Shown here: one piece after another, positions 1-9,038 of the stretch
Numbering within the stretch: position 1 is the stretch's first letter
How the letters are laid out: each line of letters begins with the position of its first letter
Source of the DNA: Desulfomonilia bacterium
GTDB lineage: Bacteria; Desulfobacterota; Desulfomonilia; UBA1062
DNA: 64,000 nucleotides
Direction of reading: 5' to 3'
Assembly: GCA_963664325.2 (NCBI GenBank)
Contig: CAXXDQ010000003.1
Location: 608,001-672,000 of the forward strand
Made by a program: the position numbers and the translations under genes
Notes under the pieces: model-generated
What the model was told of the DNA's origin: nothing
Seen by the model: only the letters and a program-made list of their open reading frames with translations
The model's database searches: none

Positions 1-634
1 GGAATTCAAGCTTGACATCGTAATAGGCCAGGGTCCGTCGGCCAGATCGATCCGTATCGACCTGTGCCCGTTTACTCTCATTTCAGCCACAACCCGTGCC
101 GGAAGGATCACTTCGCCATTACGCGACCGCTTCGGAATAGTCGGCCATCTTGAGTTCTATAACAAGGCGGAGCTTGCAACCATCATCAAACGTTCGGCAA
201 AAATCCTCAATATCAAAGCCTCGGCTGAAGGCCTGAGCGAGATTGCAAACCGTTCACGGGGAACACCCCGCATAGCCAACAGGCTATTAAGGCGTGTCCA
301 TGACTTTGCCCTGGTCCTCGGTGATGGAAGAATTGAAAAGGACATTGCAGATACCGCCCTTACAAGGCTCGACATTGATGCAACAGGCCTGGACAGGATG
401 GACCGCAGGATTCTCGAAATTATGATCAGACAGTTCGGCGGCGGGCCCGTCGGAATTGATTCGCTTTCCGCTGCAATAGGTGAAGACAAGGACACCATAG
501 AGGATGTATACGAGCCGTTCCTGATTCAGAACGGATATATCAACAGGACACCGAGGGGCCGGCAGGCGGCGGGCAGGGCATACAAGCACCTTGGCATCAG
601 CCGCCCGCGCCAGATGGATGTCTTTGATGACTGA
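1..634 (+). CDS. ruvB: Holliday junction branch migration helicase RuvB, 5'-truncated by the window edge
   Basis: Frame 2 reads [39 protein letters not shown] and continues into the listed [35 protein letters not shown], all RuvB motifs. Confidence 0.97.
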   Translation, partial: EFKLDIVIGQGPSARSIRIDLCPFTLISATTRAGRITSPLRDRFGIVGHLEFYNKAELATIIKRSAKILNIKASAEGLSEIANRSRGTPRIANRLLRRVHDFALVLGDGRIEKDIADTALTRLDIDATGLDRMDRRILEIMIRQFGGGPVGIDSLSAAIGEDKDTIEDVYEPFLIQNGYINRTPRGRQAAGRAYKHLGISRPRQMDVFDD

Positions 635-658
635 TGGTCCTGTAAAAGGCAAAGAGTT

Positions 659-1312
659 ATGAGCATTGTCCTGATGGACGTGGACTATACGCTCTACCCG
701 AGAGGAACAGGGCCTTTTAACCATGTAAACAAGAGAATCGATGAGTATATAATGCAGGCCCTGAACATCGGCATTGAGGAAACGAGGGAGCTAAGAAAAT
801 CATATTTCGGCAGGTACGGCTCGACCCTTGGCGGCATGATGGAGAACCATGCGACCGACCCTCATGAATTCTGCGCCTATGTCCATGACGTCCCTGTCGA
901 AGAGCTGCTTGGGGAAGATGCGAGGCTTAGGGAAACCCTTTCAGAGATAACGTTTCCCATTATTGCTTTTTCAAACGCATCAAAGGAATATGTCATCAGG
1001 ATACTTGCCGCGCTTGGCGTAAGTGACCTGTTCAAGGGCCTCTTTACAATTGAAGATATGGGATTCATACCGAAACCGAGGACCGAGCCCTATGACAGGA
1101 TAACTGAGAGTCTCGGCAGAAATTCCTCGGATTTTATCTGCATTGACGACCGTGCAGACAACATCGATACGGCGATAACAAAAGGCATGCAGGGCATACT
1201 TGTGGGAGGCGATTTTTCCGGGACGGCCTCGTGGTGGGCGAGGGATATATTCGATGTGCCTCAGGCGATAGAAATGCTGAAACAGAAGCCTAAGGGGAGT
1301 TTTAAATTATGA
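659..1312 (+). CDS. HAD-superfamily pyrimidine 5'-nucleotidase-like hydrolase
   Basis: DVDYTLY (HAD motif I), YGSTLGG, FSNA, PKP, IDD..DN. Confidence 0.85.
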   Translation: MSIVLMDVDYTLYPRGTGPFNHVNKRIDEYIMQALNIGIEETRELRKSYFGRYGSTLGGMMENHATDPHEFCAYVHDVPVEELLGEDARLRETLSEITFPIIAFSNASKEYVIRILAALGVSDLFKGLFTIEDMGFIPKPRTEPYDRITESLGRNSSDFICIDDRADNIDTAITKGMQGILVGGDFSGTASWWARDIFDVPQAIEMLKQKPKGSFKL

Positions 1313-2316
1313 AAGCATTTGTTACCGGGTCCGCAGGTTTCATCGGGTTTCATCTTTCAAAAAGGCTTCTTGATGAAGGCCATGAGGTTTTCGGCCTGGA
1401 CAACATCAATCATTATTACGATCCGCAGATCAAACTCGACCGCCTCGGCATGCTGAAAGATTATGATGCGTTTGCATTCGAGAAGACAGACCTCATCGAC
1501 AGGGACAGGATTCTCGAGATTTTCAACGAGCATGATTTTGATATTGCGGTGAACCTGGCGGCCCAGGCGGGGGTCAGGTACAGCCTTGAAAATCCGTTTG
1601 TCTATGTGGATTCAAACATAACGGGCTTCATCAATATCCTGGAAGGATGCAGGCATGCCGGGGTAAAACACCTTGTTTACGCATCTTCAAGTTCGGTGTA
1701 CGGCATCAATGAAAAAATGCCGTTTTCAGTGCATGACAGCGTGGACCATCCGATCAGCCTGTATGCCGCTTCCAAAAAGGCGAACGAACTGATGGCGCAT
1801 TGCTATTCCGCGCTGTACGGCCTGCCGACAACCGGTCTGAGGTTCTTTACGGTCTACGGCCCCTGGGGCCGGCCTGATATGGCGCTGTTCCTTTTTACAA
1901 AGGCCATCCTTGCTGGCGAGCCGATCGATGTCTACAACTGCGGGAAGATGATACGCGATTTCACTTATATCGACGACATCGTCGAAGGGCTTGTCCGTGT
2001 CGCAAATATCATCCCGAAGCCTGATGCAGGATGGGACAGGGTAAATCCGGACCCGGGGACTAGCTTTGCGCCGTACAGGGTCTTTAATATCGGCGGGTCC
2101 AGTCCGGTTGAACTCATGCGCTATATTGAGGTGCTTGAAGAAGCGCTCGGCAGAAAAGCCGTGAAGAACATGCTGCCGATGCAGCCCGGCGACGTGGCAG
2201 CCACCTGCGCCGATGCCGCAGACCTGGAGAGCCTGACCGGGTTCAGGCCTAGGATTTCAATCGAGGATGGAATCAAAAGATTCGTGGAGTGGTATAGGAA
2301 GTATTTCCGCGTATAG
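1309..2316 (+). CDS. NAD-dependent epimerase, UDP-glucuronate 4-epimerase-like
   Basis: TGSAGFIG, LAAQAGVRYS, YASSSSVYG, YAASKK, RFFTVYGPWGRPDMA; ATGA overlap with the upstream gene. Confidence 0.93.
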   Translation: MKAFVTGSAGFIGFHLSKRLLDEGHEVFGLDNINHYYDPQIKLDRLGMLKDYDAFAFEKTDLIDRDRILEIFNEHDFDIAVNLAAQAGVRYSLENPFVYVDSNITGFINILEGCRHAGVKHLVYASSSSVYGINEKMPFSVHDSVDHPISLYAASKKANELMAHCYSALYGLPTTGLRFFTVYGPWGRPDMALFLFTKAILAGEPIDVYNCGKMIRDFTYIDDIVEGLVRVANIIPKPDAGWDRVNPDPGTSFAPYRVFNIGGSSPVELMRYIEVLEEALGRKAVKNMLPMQPGDVAATCADAADLESLTGFRPRISIEDGIKRFVEWYRKYFRV

Positions 2317-2323
2317 TCAATCA

Positions 2324-2514
2324 TTCAGGGCGTTATAACTATGTATCTCTGTGATTCGGGCAGATAACCCTCACCCTTCAGGCGTACCTTAGGTACGTCA
2401 ATTTTGTGATGCAAAATTTGTCATTTCCTTGCCTCGTCACTCCGGCGTACGTCAAAGTACGCCTTGTTCCTCGGCTGCGTTACTCCTTGACTTGCTTTGT
2501 TATAACGCCCTGAA
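2324..2514. mobile_element. MITE-like palindromic element, long form (copy A)
   Basis: Perfect 16-bp terminal inverted repeats TTCAGGGCGTTATAAC / GTTATAACGCCCTGAA with internal hairpins; homologous to five other loci in the window. Confidence 0.8.
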
Positions 2515-2617
2515 AAAGAAGTTTTATTGCTGGGTGTTTTTCTGAATTGAAAACTGTTTGAGATCTTTTCTTAAAAATTTCAGGTTGTCCTGCTATTGGT
2601 GCTAGATAATCATTTCT
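2506..2617 (+). repeat. Direct repeat copy 1 (partner at 4658-4798)
   Basis: cgccctgaaaa..ttgctg.gtg.ttttc.gaattgaaaa..ttcttaaaaatt.cagg.tgtcctgct..agataatcatttct is shared with 4658-4798. Confidence 0.85.
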
Positions 2618-2748
2618 ATACATTACGTGCCACTATCTATAATCTGTAAACTCTTTCATTAGTAAAAGTTTTCTGGAGACCAACAATTTCCAAGTATTTA
2701 AAGTGCTAACTTTTAAATTTTAACGATAACTTGTTTCAAGTATATCTG

Positions 2749-2778
2749 AAGGGATAGGTCAATGACCTACCCCTTTTT
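2749..2778. terminator. Probable intrinsic terminator after the 565-aa gene
   Basis: Hairpin gggataggtc-aat-gacctacccc followed by a T run. Confidence 0.55.
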
Positions 2779-2794
2779 AAGTTTCTGATAAATT

Positions 2795-4492
2795 TTAATT
2801 GTTCCAGTGAATCTTTCCATGAAGAGCTGGAGTTCCCCCTTCACAATGCTGTTCAAATCGGAGATCAATTGATGTTAATACATTGTTTGCATACAAAACA
2901 TTGTCCACTACGAACCATCCGGTAAGGGTATTACATCCACATCCATTACCGCCCCATTCAAGTCCACCCCTAGCAGGGTTGTTAAATGGAAAACGCTTCA
3001 GGTCCGGGTAATATCCGAGTTGGAATTTGTCGAGTGAACTCATGGTTTTAAAATCACCAGACCACCAATCATTTCCATTGATATAAACCCCTAGATGACC
3101 ACTCATTTCGTTAACAGAAATTGAAATTGTATCTGGAGTATATGTATATGTTTTGCCCCAGCCAATATAATCGCCGGCGTCACTTTGCAGATATACATAA
3201 TTGCCACTTGGAGGCGTAGAGCCGGAAACCGGTTCCCATAGACCTGCAGGTGGAGGATTTACGGGTCCTGGAGGTACCGTAGGATCGTCTAACCTCCAGT
3301 GGATTTCTCCGCGCATAGATGACGAAGTGCACGAATCCTGCTCAAAACGTAGATCAATTGCAGTGAGTACCCCATTCGTATAAACAACATTATCTATGGC
3401 AAACCATCCCGTATTGCCATACCAGCCTACACTTTGACGGGCCTTGGTTGGGTTATCTCTTGAATAGCTATTAAGATTTCCATAATATCCAATTTCAAAA
3501 GAGTTTAGTGTGTTCATAACTCGAAATTGGCCATCCCAATCCTCATCACCAAGTATGCGTATACTCAGGTAACCCGTATCTTCTTCTAGAGATATAGAAG
3601 AATTTGCTTGTGTATAGGTCAATGTTCTGCTCTGTCCTGAATAACAATCACCTGGTTCAATCTGCAGATATACATAATTGCCATTGATTGGTGTAGAGCC
3701 AGAAGCTGGCTTCCAAAGTCCGTTAGGAATAGGATTCACCGGCCCAGGAGGTGCTGTATGGTCGTCTGACCTCCAGTGGATCCATCCATGCAGTGCAGGG
3801 GTATTACCCTCGCAATGCTGCTCAAAGGAGAGATCGATTGAAGTCAGAGTATCTCCTGAGTATGTGACATCATCTATTTTAAAACTACCTGTAAGTTCGT
3901 TGCAACCTCTTCCCTCACCACCCCAGTCGAGGCCACCAATGAGGGGTTCGTTGAAGGGGTAGCGTTTGAGATTTAGATATTGCCCTACTCGCAATTTCCT
4001 AAAGTAGTTTGGTTCTTGGAAATCACCAAACCACCATTCATCTCCATCTATCGATATTGAGAGAAGTCCCCCATTAGCTTCTAATGAGATCTGGGAATCG
4101 GCTTGAGTGTATAGATAGGTTCCACCACCTCCTACATAATCTCCTGGATCACTTTTTAAATAAACATAATTGTTCTTCATGCCTTCGTAGTTGACATTCC
4201 AGGTATAGGCATCTTCACTTGAGGAATATTTTGCAATGACCTTGATCTTGTGTTTTGATTTGATTACATCATTCAGGACATAAGTAAATGAGTTCTGTGT
4301 TTCGCCAGGGACAACTGCTCCATCAGCATACCATGTATATGACGCTGTTGATGAGGATACCTTTATTGAAAATGTCTTCTGCTCTCCATATGATAGAGCA
4401 ACTGGGTTTTCAAATGGTGTATGTGATATGATGCAACCGCTAAGACAAAATACACATGCAGCAATGAAAATAAAAAATTGATTTTTTTTCAA
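2795..4492 (-). CDS. Predicted lipoprotein: N-terminal Ig-like segment plus three ~160-aa tandem repeats of unknown function
   Basis: Lipobox CLSGC; repeat NYVYL.SD.GDY.G..GDEWW.GDF..RYPFN.P..GGL.WGG.G.GCN.LTG.F..IDL.FEQHCEG.TPALHG.IHW occurs three times; visibly AT-rich. Confidence 0.85.
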   Translation of the reverse strand: MKKNQFFIFIAACVFCLSGCIISHTPFENPVALSYGEQKTFSIKVSSSTASYTWYADGAVVPGETQNSFTYVLNDVIKSKHKIKVIAKYSSSEDAYTWNVNYEGMKNNYVYLKSDPGDYVGGGGTYLYTQADSQISLEANGGLLSISIDGDEWWFGDFQEPNYFRKLRVGQYLNLKRYPFNEPLIGGLDWGGEGRGCNELTGSFKIDDVTYSGDTLTSIDLSFEQHCEGNTPALHGWIHWRSDDHTAPPGPVNPIPNGLWKPASGSTPINGNYVYLQIEPGDCYSGQSRTLTYTQANSSISLEEDTGYLSIRILGDEDWDGQFRVMNTLNSFEIGYYGNLNSYSRDNPTKARQSVGWYGNTGWFAIDNVVYTNGVLTAIDLRFEQDSCTSSSMRGEIHWRLDDPTVPPGPVNPPPAGLWEPVSGSTPPSGNYVYLQSDAGDYIGWGKTYTYTPDTISISVNEMSGHLGVYINGNDWWSGDFKTMSSLDKFQLGYYPDLKRFPFNNPARGGLEWGGNGCGCNTLTGWFVVDNVLYANNVLTSIDLRFEQHCEGGTPALHGKIHWNN

Positions 4493-4589
4493 GATACCCT
4501 CCTTTATATAATTATATTTATATCCAATTTAATAATAATAATAAATTGCTTATAGAAAATCAATAATTTCTATTTCTATTCATAAACTA

Positions 4590-4618
4590 ATTAACAGCCT
4601 AATAGCTTAACAGCTAAT
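4590..4618. repeat. Short 8-nt periodic repeat (taacagcc/taatagct/taacagct)
   Basis: Same unit as the arms at 54095-54255. Confidence 0.5.
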
Positions 4619-4657
4619 TCCTTTCGCCGCGTATCCGTTATGAGCCACAACAGTATG

Positions 4658-4798
4658 CGCCCTGAAAAGATGTTGTTTTGCTGTGTGGTTTTCGGAATTG
4701 AAAATGGTTGAGGTCTGTTCTTAAAAATTCAGGCTGTCCTGCTTTCCGAACTCCAACACGCATTAGTCATAACCTGCAAACCGGAGATAATCATTTCT
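4658..4798 (+). repeat. Direct repeat copy 2 (partner at 2506-2617), starting with a MITE right end
   Basis: Visual alignment with 2506-2617. Confidence 0.85.
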
Positions 4799-4855
4799 TA
4801 TTATATAACCGATAGTATTACGTATAATTCACAGACTATCGGAAGGGATATACGC

Positions 4856-6430
4856 ATGGCAAAACGGAACTGCCGGGAGTTGATTAAATGCATACCTGTC
4901 GTCCTTTTTATTCTTGCAGCCGTTCTCCTGACAAGTTGCAGCAGCAGTCAAAGCGGAAATTCAGCGCCTGCGCCTCCCGATCACCCTCTTAAAATCGCTG
5001 TATTCGTGGACAATGGCGCATGCGGAGACAAGGTTATCGCATTGTTCAGGACGTTGTCCGCAGCGGGTTTCAAGCCCCTTGGCGTATTATCTGATGATAT
5101 AAACATGGGGCGTTTGAACAGAGCCAACTTCGATGTGTTCATCATTCCTGCCGGTGAAGACGGCTCTCCACAAGGTTACCTGAATCCTCAATACCTCGGC
5201 AATTATGAAACCTGGAAAAATATCGTAACGTTTGCCGAAGAAGGCGGCGGAGTCGTTGGGATCGAGGCAGGAGCCTCATTCCTCTCTTACATCCGCATCG
5301 GCGGGCCTGTCTTCATTGCAACGGCTCCGGGCCCGGGATTGCAGAACTTTACTGTTCTGGACTCTGGCTTCGGCTGTGGCACACAGGCCGCTTACGTGTC
5401 CGCGGGAGGCGGTTATTACGGCCCGTCCGGCGCCGATACCGTGGCGGTTGACGATCTGGGGAGACCTGCAATAGTTAGCTATAAGTTCGGGAAGGGCCGC
5501 GTCGTTTTCTGTTCCTTTGACCCGGAACTGCGCGGCGATTCTGAGTTGGATTGGACGATTTGGGATAACTGGGATTTGGGCGGAGTTCACCCGAATTCAG
5601 TGGGGTGCTGGGTTCTTTTGGCCCGTATGGTAAACTGGGCTTGCTCCGGAAATGCATCTGCCCCGGACATTTCCGCCACAAACCCGGCCGGTTCCCGCGT
5701 AGCCATAGTTTCGACACATACCGCCAATGGCGGTCCGTCTCCAAGCCTCCAACCGGCTTTTGCCCGGGCCATCGAATCTGCCGGGCACTTACCCCTGGCC
5801 ATCCGTTTTCAGGAGATATATGACGGCAGTCTGACCACACAAAACTTTGATGTTGCGGCATTTCCCGGCGGAACAGTTGCCGGATATTCATACGGGCTTT
5901 CGGGATATGAAACCGCCATTCTCAATTTTGTATACCAGGGAGGAAGCTACTACGGCGTTTGCGCCGGAGCTTATTACGCTTCGGCCTACATGGTCTGGAA
6001 CGGCAGTTACTATAACGTCCCTCTGCTTGGTCTCTTTCCGGGCACGGACACGGGACCGCTTACTGAAATCGCACCCTGGCCTAATTGGGCGTTGACCCCC
6101 GTAAAAATAAATGACCCGGTTCTTGGCGACATGGGAACTCAGCAGCAGATGTACTATGGCGGCGGGTGGAAGAGCCCGGATCCTTTCGTGGAAGTGGCGG
6201 CCACTTACGTAGTTCCGGGGTCGCACTACGGCGCGGCTGACGCCATTCGTTTCACCTACGGGAGCGGACGGATATTTATCGTGGGAACGCATCCGGAAGC
6301 AAGGTCAGGAAGCACTGAAGACTGGCTCTACTGGGACGATTGGGCTCCCGGGACCAATACGCCGGTGGTCAACCCGGACAACCCGTGGATATTTGTGGAT
6401 GCAATCTTCAACAAATGGTTGATCCATTGA
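4856..6430 (+). CDS. Lipoprotein with two tandem BPL_N / class I glutamine-amidotransferase-like domains
   Basis: Lipobox LLTSC; domain 2 has FPGG..GVCAGAY..HPE; domain 1 has PAG..GIEAGA..DPE. Confidence 0.8.
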   Translation: MAKRNCRELIKCIPVVLFILAAVLLTSCSSSQSGNSAPAPPDHPLKIAVFVDNGACGDKVIALFRTLSAAGFKPLGVLSDDINMGRLNRANFDVFIIPAGEDGSPQGYLNPQYLGNYETWKNIVTFAEEGGGVVGIEAGASFLSYIRIGGPVFIATAPGPGLQNFTVLDSGFGCGTQAAYVSAGGGYYGPSGADTVAVDDLGRPAIVSYKFGKGRVVFCSFDPELRGDSELDWTIWDNWDLGGVHPNSVGCWVLLARMVNWACSGNASAPDISATNPAGSRVAIVSTHTANGGPSPSLQPAFARAIESAGHLPLAIRFQEIYDGSLTTQNFDVAAFPGGTVAGYSYGLSGYETAILNFVYQGGSYYGVCAGAYYASAYMVWNGSYYNVPLLGLFPGTDTGPLTEIAPWPNWALTPVKINDPVLGDMGTQQQMYYGGGWKSPDPFVEVAATYVVPGSHYGAADAIRFTYGSGRIFIVGTHPEARSGSTEDWLYWDDWAPGTNTPVVNPDNPWIFVDAIFNKWLIH

Positions 6431-6459
6431 TCTTCATGGTCAGGGCAACAGACCGTTAA

Positions 6460-6855
6460 TGTTTGGCAAGCATCTATAAAAAATATAATCTTATTAACAG
6501 ACGAATTTCTCGCAATCTTTCTTAGACTCTCTAAACTTATCCATGTTTCTTCTATATTTTCAGCGGAATCCTCACTATCATATGCAGATAAGTATGAGAT
6601 TTAATTATAATTACAACCATGACCAGCATAAAAGAAGATCAGCTTGTCTCCTGAATTCATATCGTCACAGAATTTTGTAAATTTCCTTGGTAAAGAAGAT
6701 ACCGTGACCTGTTTATCAATAAGTATGAGTGGAACCGATGTTAAAAGATTTTCATGGATAACTTTTGAAAAAACGGTTGCATCATTATTACAGTATGGAA
6801 TAGATTCCAAATCATCATACTCACTGACACCAACAGAAAATATTTTTAACCCCAT
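6460..6855 (-). pseudogene. Caspase-family (peptidase C14) fragment with an internal TAA and 3' truncation
   Basis: KIFSVGVSEY..NDA..FFYAGHG; beyond the TAA at 6601-6603 the frame continues ISYLSAYDS..IIFFIDACQ, the catalytic Cys motif. Confidence 0.85.
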
Positions 6856-6899
6856 ATTTACTCCATATTATTTTTTTGCTTACAATCATCAACGATCTA

Positions 6900-6971
6900 T
6901 TCTAACATTCAAAGTCAGCGGCGATGTATAACTTTATCGCTTAGCATCTCCCCTTTATCATAAGGTTGAGC
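6900..6971 (-). other. attC-like integron cassette recombination site
   Basis: Minus strand: GCTCAAC (R'')-cttat-gataaaggggagatg..catcgccgctgac-tttgaat-GTTAGAA (R'), an imperfect palindrome ~15 bp after the stop of the upstream ORF. Confidence 0.7.
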
Positions 6972-6986
6972 TTCGTTTGTAGCCCT

Positions 6987-7562
6987 TCATTTAACGAAGA
7001 ATTCCTCGGCCTTAACCAGAAAATGTTCATAGAACTTAGCACCAACATCAGCAACCGCAATGACGTTAGTTGGATCAACGGGGTTGCCGAGATGAGAGGT
7101 TGGAACTGGATAAACACGACTGCGATTTTTTATTGGAAGCAGCGTAGTTTTAGCCGGGAGGAAATCGACTCTTATTTTCTGGGGCGACTCGATCAAGATG
7201 TTACCGTTGTTGATTTCCATGTGATCGATATAAAGACTATTTCCCTCTGCGGGATAGATTCCTATGCTACTAGGCTCTCTGCCAACAATTTCATTAACTG
7301 TGTGTTCGTCTGCTCCACGAGCGTTGACCAGATATGAGAGCAGAGGGTCCGTCTTTCGGAGACCTTCAAACTGTCCTTTCCATCCATTCCATTTCGGACT
7401 TTTGCTGAATTGACTTACTCCCTTATTCCAGACTCGCTCCAAGCGCCCAAGAAATTCCTTCCATGCGTCCTCAAATTCGTTGAGAGTTTTAGAGTTATTC
7501 ATTTTATCAATGGCGGCTCGTGCCTTAGCTAGTTCAATTGAAGGCTGATCTGAATGCTTCAT
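6987..7562 (-). CDS. Hypothetical protein, integron gene-cassette ORF (about 191 aa from ATG 7562)
   Basis: Open frame bounded by GTTGAGC (7572-7578) and the attC-like site; no recognisable motif. Confidence 0.75.
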   Translation of the reverse strand: MKHSDQPSIELAKARAAIDKMNNSKTLNEFEDAWKEFLGRLERVWNKGVSQFSKSPKWNGWKGQFEGLRKTDPLLSYLVNARGADEHTVNEIVGREPSSIGIYPAEGNSLYIDHMEINNGNILIESPQKIRVDFLPAKTTLLPIKNRSRVYPVPTSHLGNPVDPTNVIAVADVGAKFYEHFLVKAEEFFVK

Positions 7563-7571
7563 GGCTACGAT

Positions 7572-7590
7572 GCTCAACTATTGATTATAT
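7572..7590 (-). other. attI-like simple site
   Basis: Minus strand ATATAAT-caata-GTTGAGC: degenerate L box, 5-bp spacer and R box; no attC arm upstream. Confidence 0.5.
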
Positions 7591-7834
7591 TGCATGTGTG
7601 ATTTGTTAATTCATTACCATCGTTAATACAGACTACCAAATTAATTAAGCTCAAGATGTTCAAAATATTCCCCTTCCAGCTTCAAAAGATGGAAAATACC
7701 AATATACCAATATTATACTGCTACGGCATAATAATGCAAAATCATTAACTCAATATGTTTACAAAATATCATTCCAATTGCTTCTCAGCAATATCGTACA
7801 TTTAAAATAGCTCTACAGCCGAATGATATGAACG

Positions 7835-7897
7835 ATACAGGGTGTTAGAACGAACCGAGGAAGCGACAAAGGTATGCGAAGTTATAACATCCTGTAT
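7835..7897. mobile_element. MITE-like element, short internally deleted form (copy B)
   Basis: TA-CAGGGTGTTAGAAC..GTTATAACATCCTG-TA; the reverse complement matches the left part of the 23076 copy. Confidence 0.75.
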
Positions 7898-7901
7898 GAA
7901 A

Positions 7902-8939
7902 TCAGGCGGCGCCTTTCAGCAATTCGTCGGACGGAAGATTCTTATCAAGTATGAACTCAAGTATCTTGTCCCTGAAAATGTCGGGGTTGTTGATGAATTC
8001 AATGCCCAGCTGTGTATTCTGGATGGCGTTTTCAGTCCTGACAGACCGGATGATCCCCTTGCCGGTGACATCTCCCTTGGGCAGATTTATCTTTATGCTG
8101 GGCAGGTTCATGCCGTCTATGAACGGGATTTCCTCTTCGAGAATCTCCGCCCCCATGCCTTCGATGCTTATGTCCCATATTACAACCGGGATTTCATTCA
8201 AATTGATGGGGTGCACAAGCTTTGCGGTGAGCGGCTCGTCGCCTGTTATCAGGTATCTGGCCATGCTGCGGCGGCTTATATAGCTGACCTCGGTAGGCCA
8301 CGTGGTCTCGATAATGTTTTTTATGATATTGACCACCTTGGCCGTGAAGATCATCACATTGATGCCCTTGAAAAGGTAGAAAGTATAGGTCTTTCCTGTT
8401 TCGGGCTCATAGGGAAGCCTTAATTCGGAAATCCTTACTATCCTCAGAACCATGTTATCGTCATCAGGCCTCAGATAGAAGAACTCGGCAGGGATGGCCT
8501 TGTTCTTGTGAATCATGAGCATATCGCCGAACCCGCGTGACCATCTCTTGATCTCGCTGAAAAGTTCATGAACCTTGTCATTGCCTTTAATGACGCGGAT
8601 GCTCTGGCCGTTGGCGTCCCGGAGTTTTGTATAGGCCTCGATCGGCGTATCCTGCGGGGAAAATTCTATGCCCGCCCGTGACGGAACTCCGGGTCCGATA
8701 TAGGCAACCCTTCCGTTAATGTTGGCGGCAATGACGTTGCCGCCTTTCTCCAGGGCGTCTATAGTGAGTTCTTTGCCTTCCTTGAAATAGGAGAACCCGT
8801 CAGAGATCAGAATACCCATTCCGCCGATCGATATGTCAAGAATCGGCAATTTGATCTTATGCTTGTCAATTTTTACATTGGCATGAAGATCATGAAGATA
8901 GTTTGTCTTCCTTCGTCTGTTTTCTCTCTTTTCTTCCAT
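7902..8939 (-). CDS. PilZ-domain protein (two PilZ-like domains)
   Basis: ENRRRK..DISIGGMG and SRRSMAR..DISIEGMG..GIEF. Confidence 0.8.
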   Translation of the reverse strand: MEEKRENRRRKTNYLHDLHANVKIDKHKIKLPILDISIGGMGILISDGFSYFKEGKELTIDALEKGGNVIAANINGRVAYIGPGVPSRAGIEFSPQDTPIEAYTKLRDANGQSIRVIKGNDKVHELFSEIKRWSRGFGDMLMIHKNKAIPAEFFYLRPDDDNMVLRIVRISELRLPYEPETGKTYTFYLFKGINVMIFTAKVVNIIKNIIETTWPTEVSYISRRSMARYLITGDEPLTAKLVHPINLNEIPVVIWDISIEGMGAEILEEEIPFIDGMNLPSIKINLPKGDVTGKGIIRSVRTENAIQNTQLGIEFINNPDIFRDKILEFILDKNLPSDELLKGAA

Positions 8940-9038
8940 TGGAGATATAATCGGATTGCCTGTAGTTAAAACTTTAGAGAATAAATCATTTGTTTTATAA
9001 TTATTTTAAAAATATTTTTTATCTATCATAACAGGCTG

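Noticed and set aside
6601-6603. Stop-codon recoding in the caspase-like gene
   Set aside because: The codon is TAA, not TGA or TAG, and the gene is truncated shortly afterwards, which fits decay.
7842-8423. 193-aa plus-strand ORF and many similar antisense ORFs in the track
   Set aside because: They are shadows of well-supported opposite-strand genes and have no motifs; this one starts inside a MITE.
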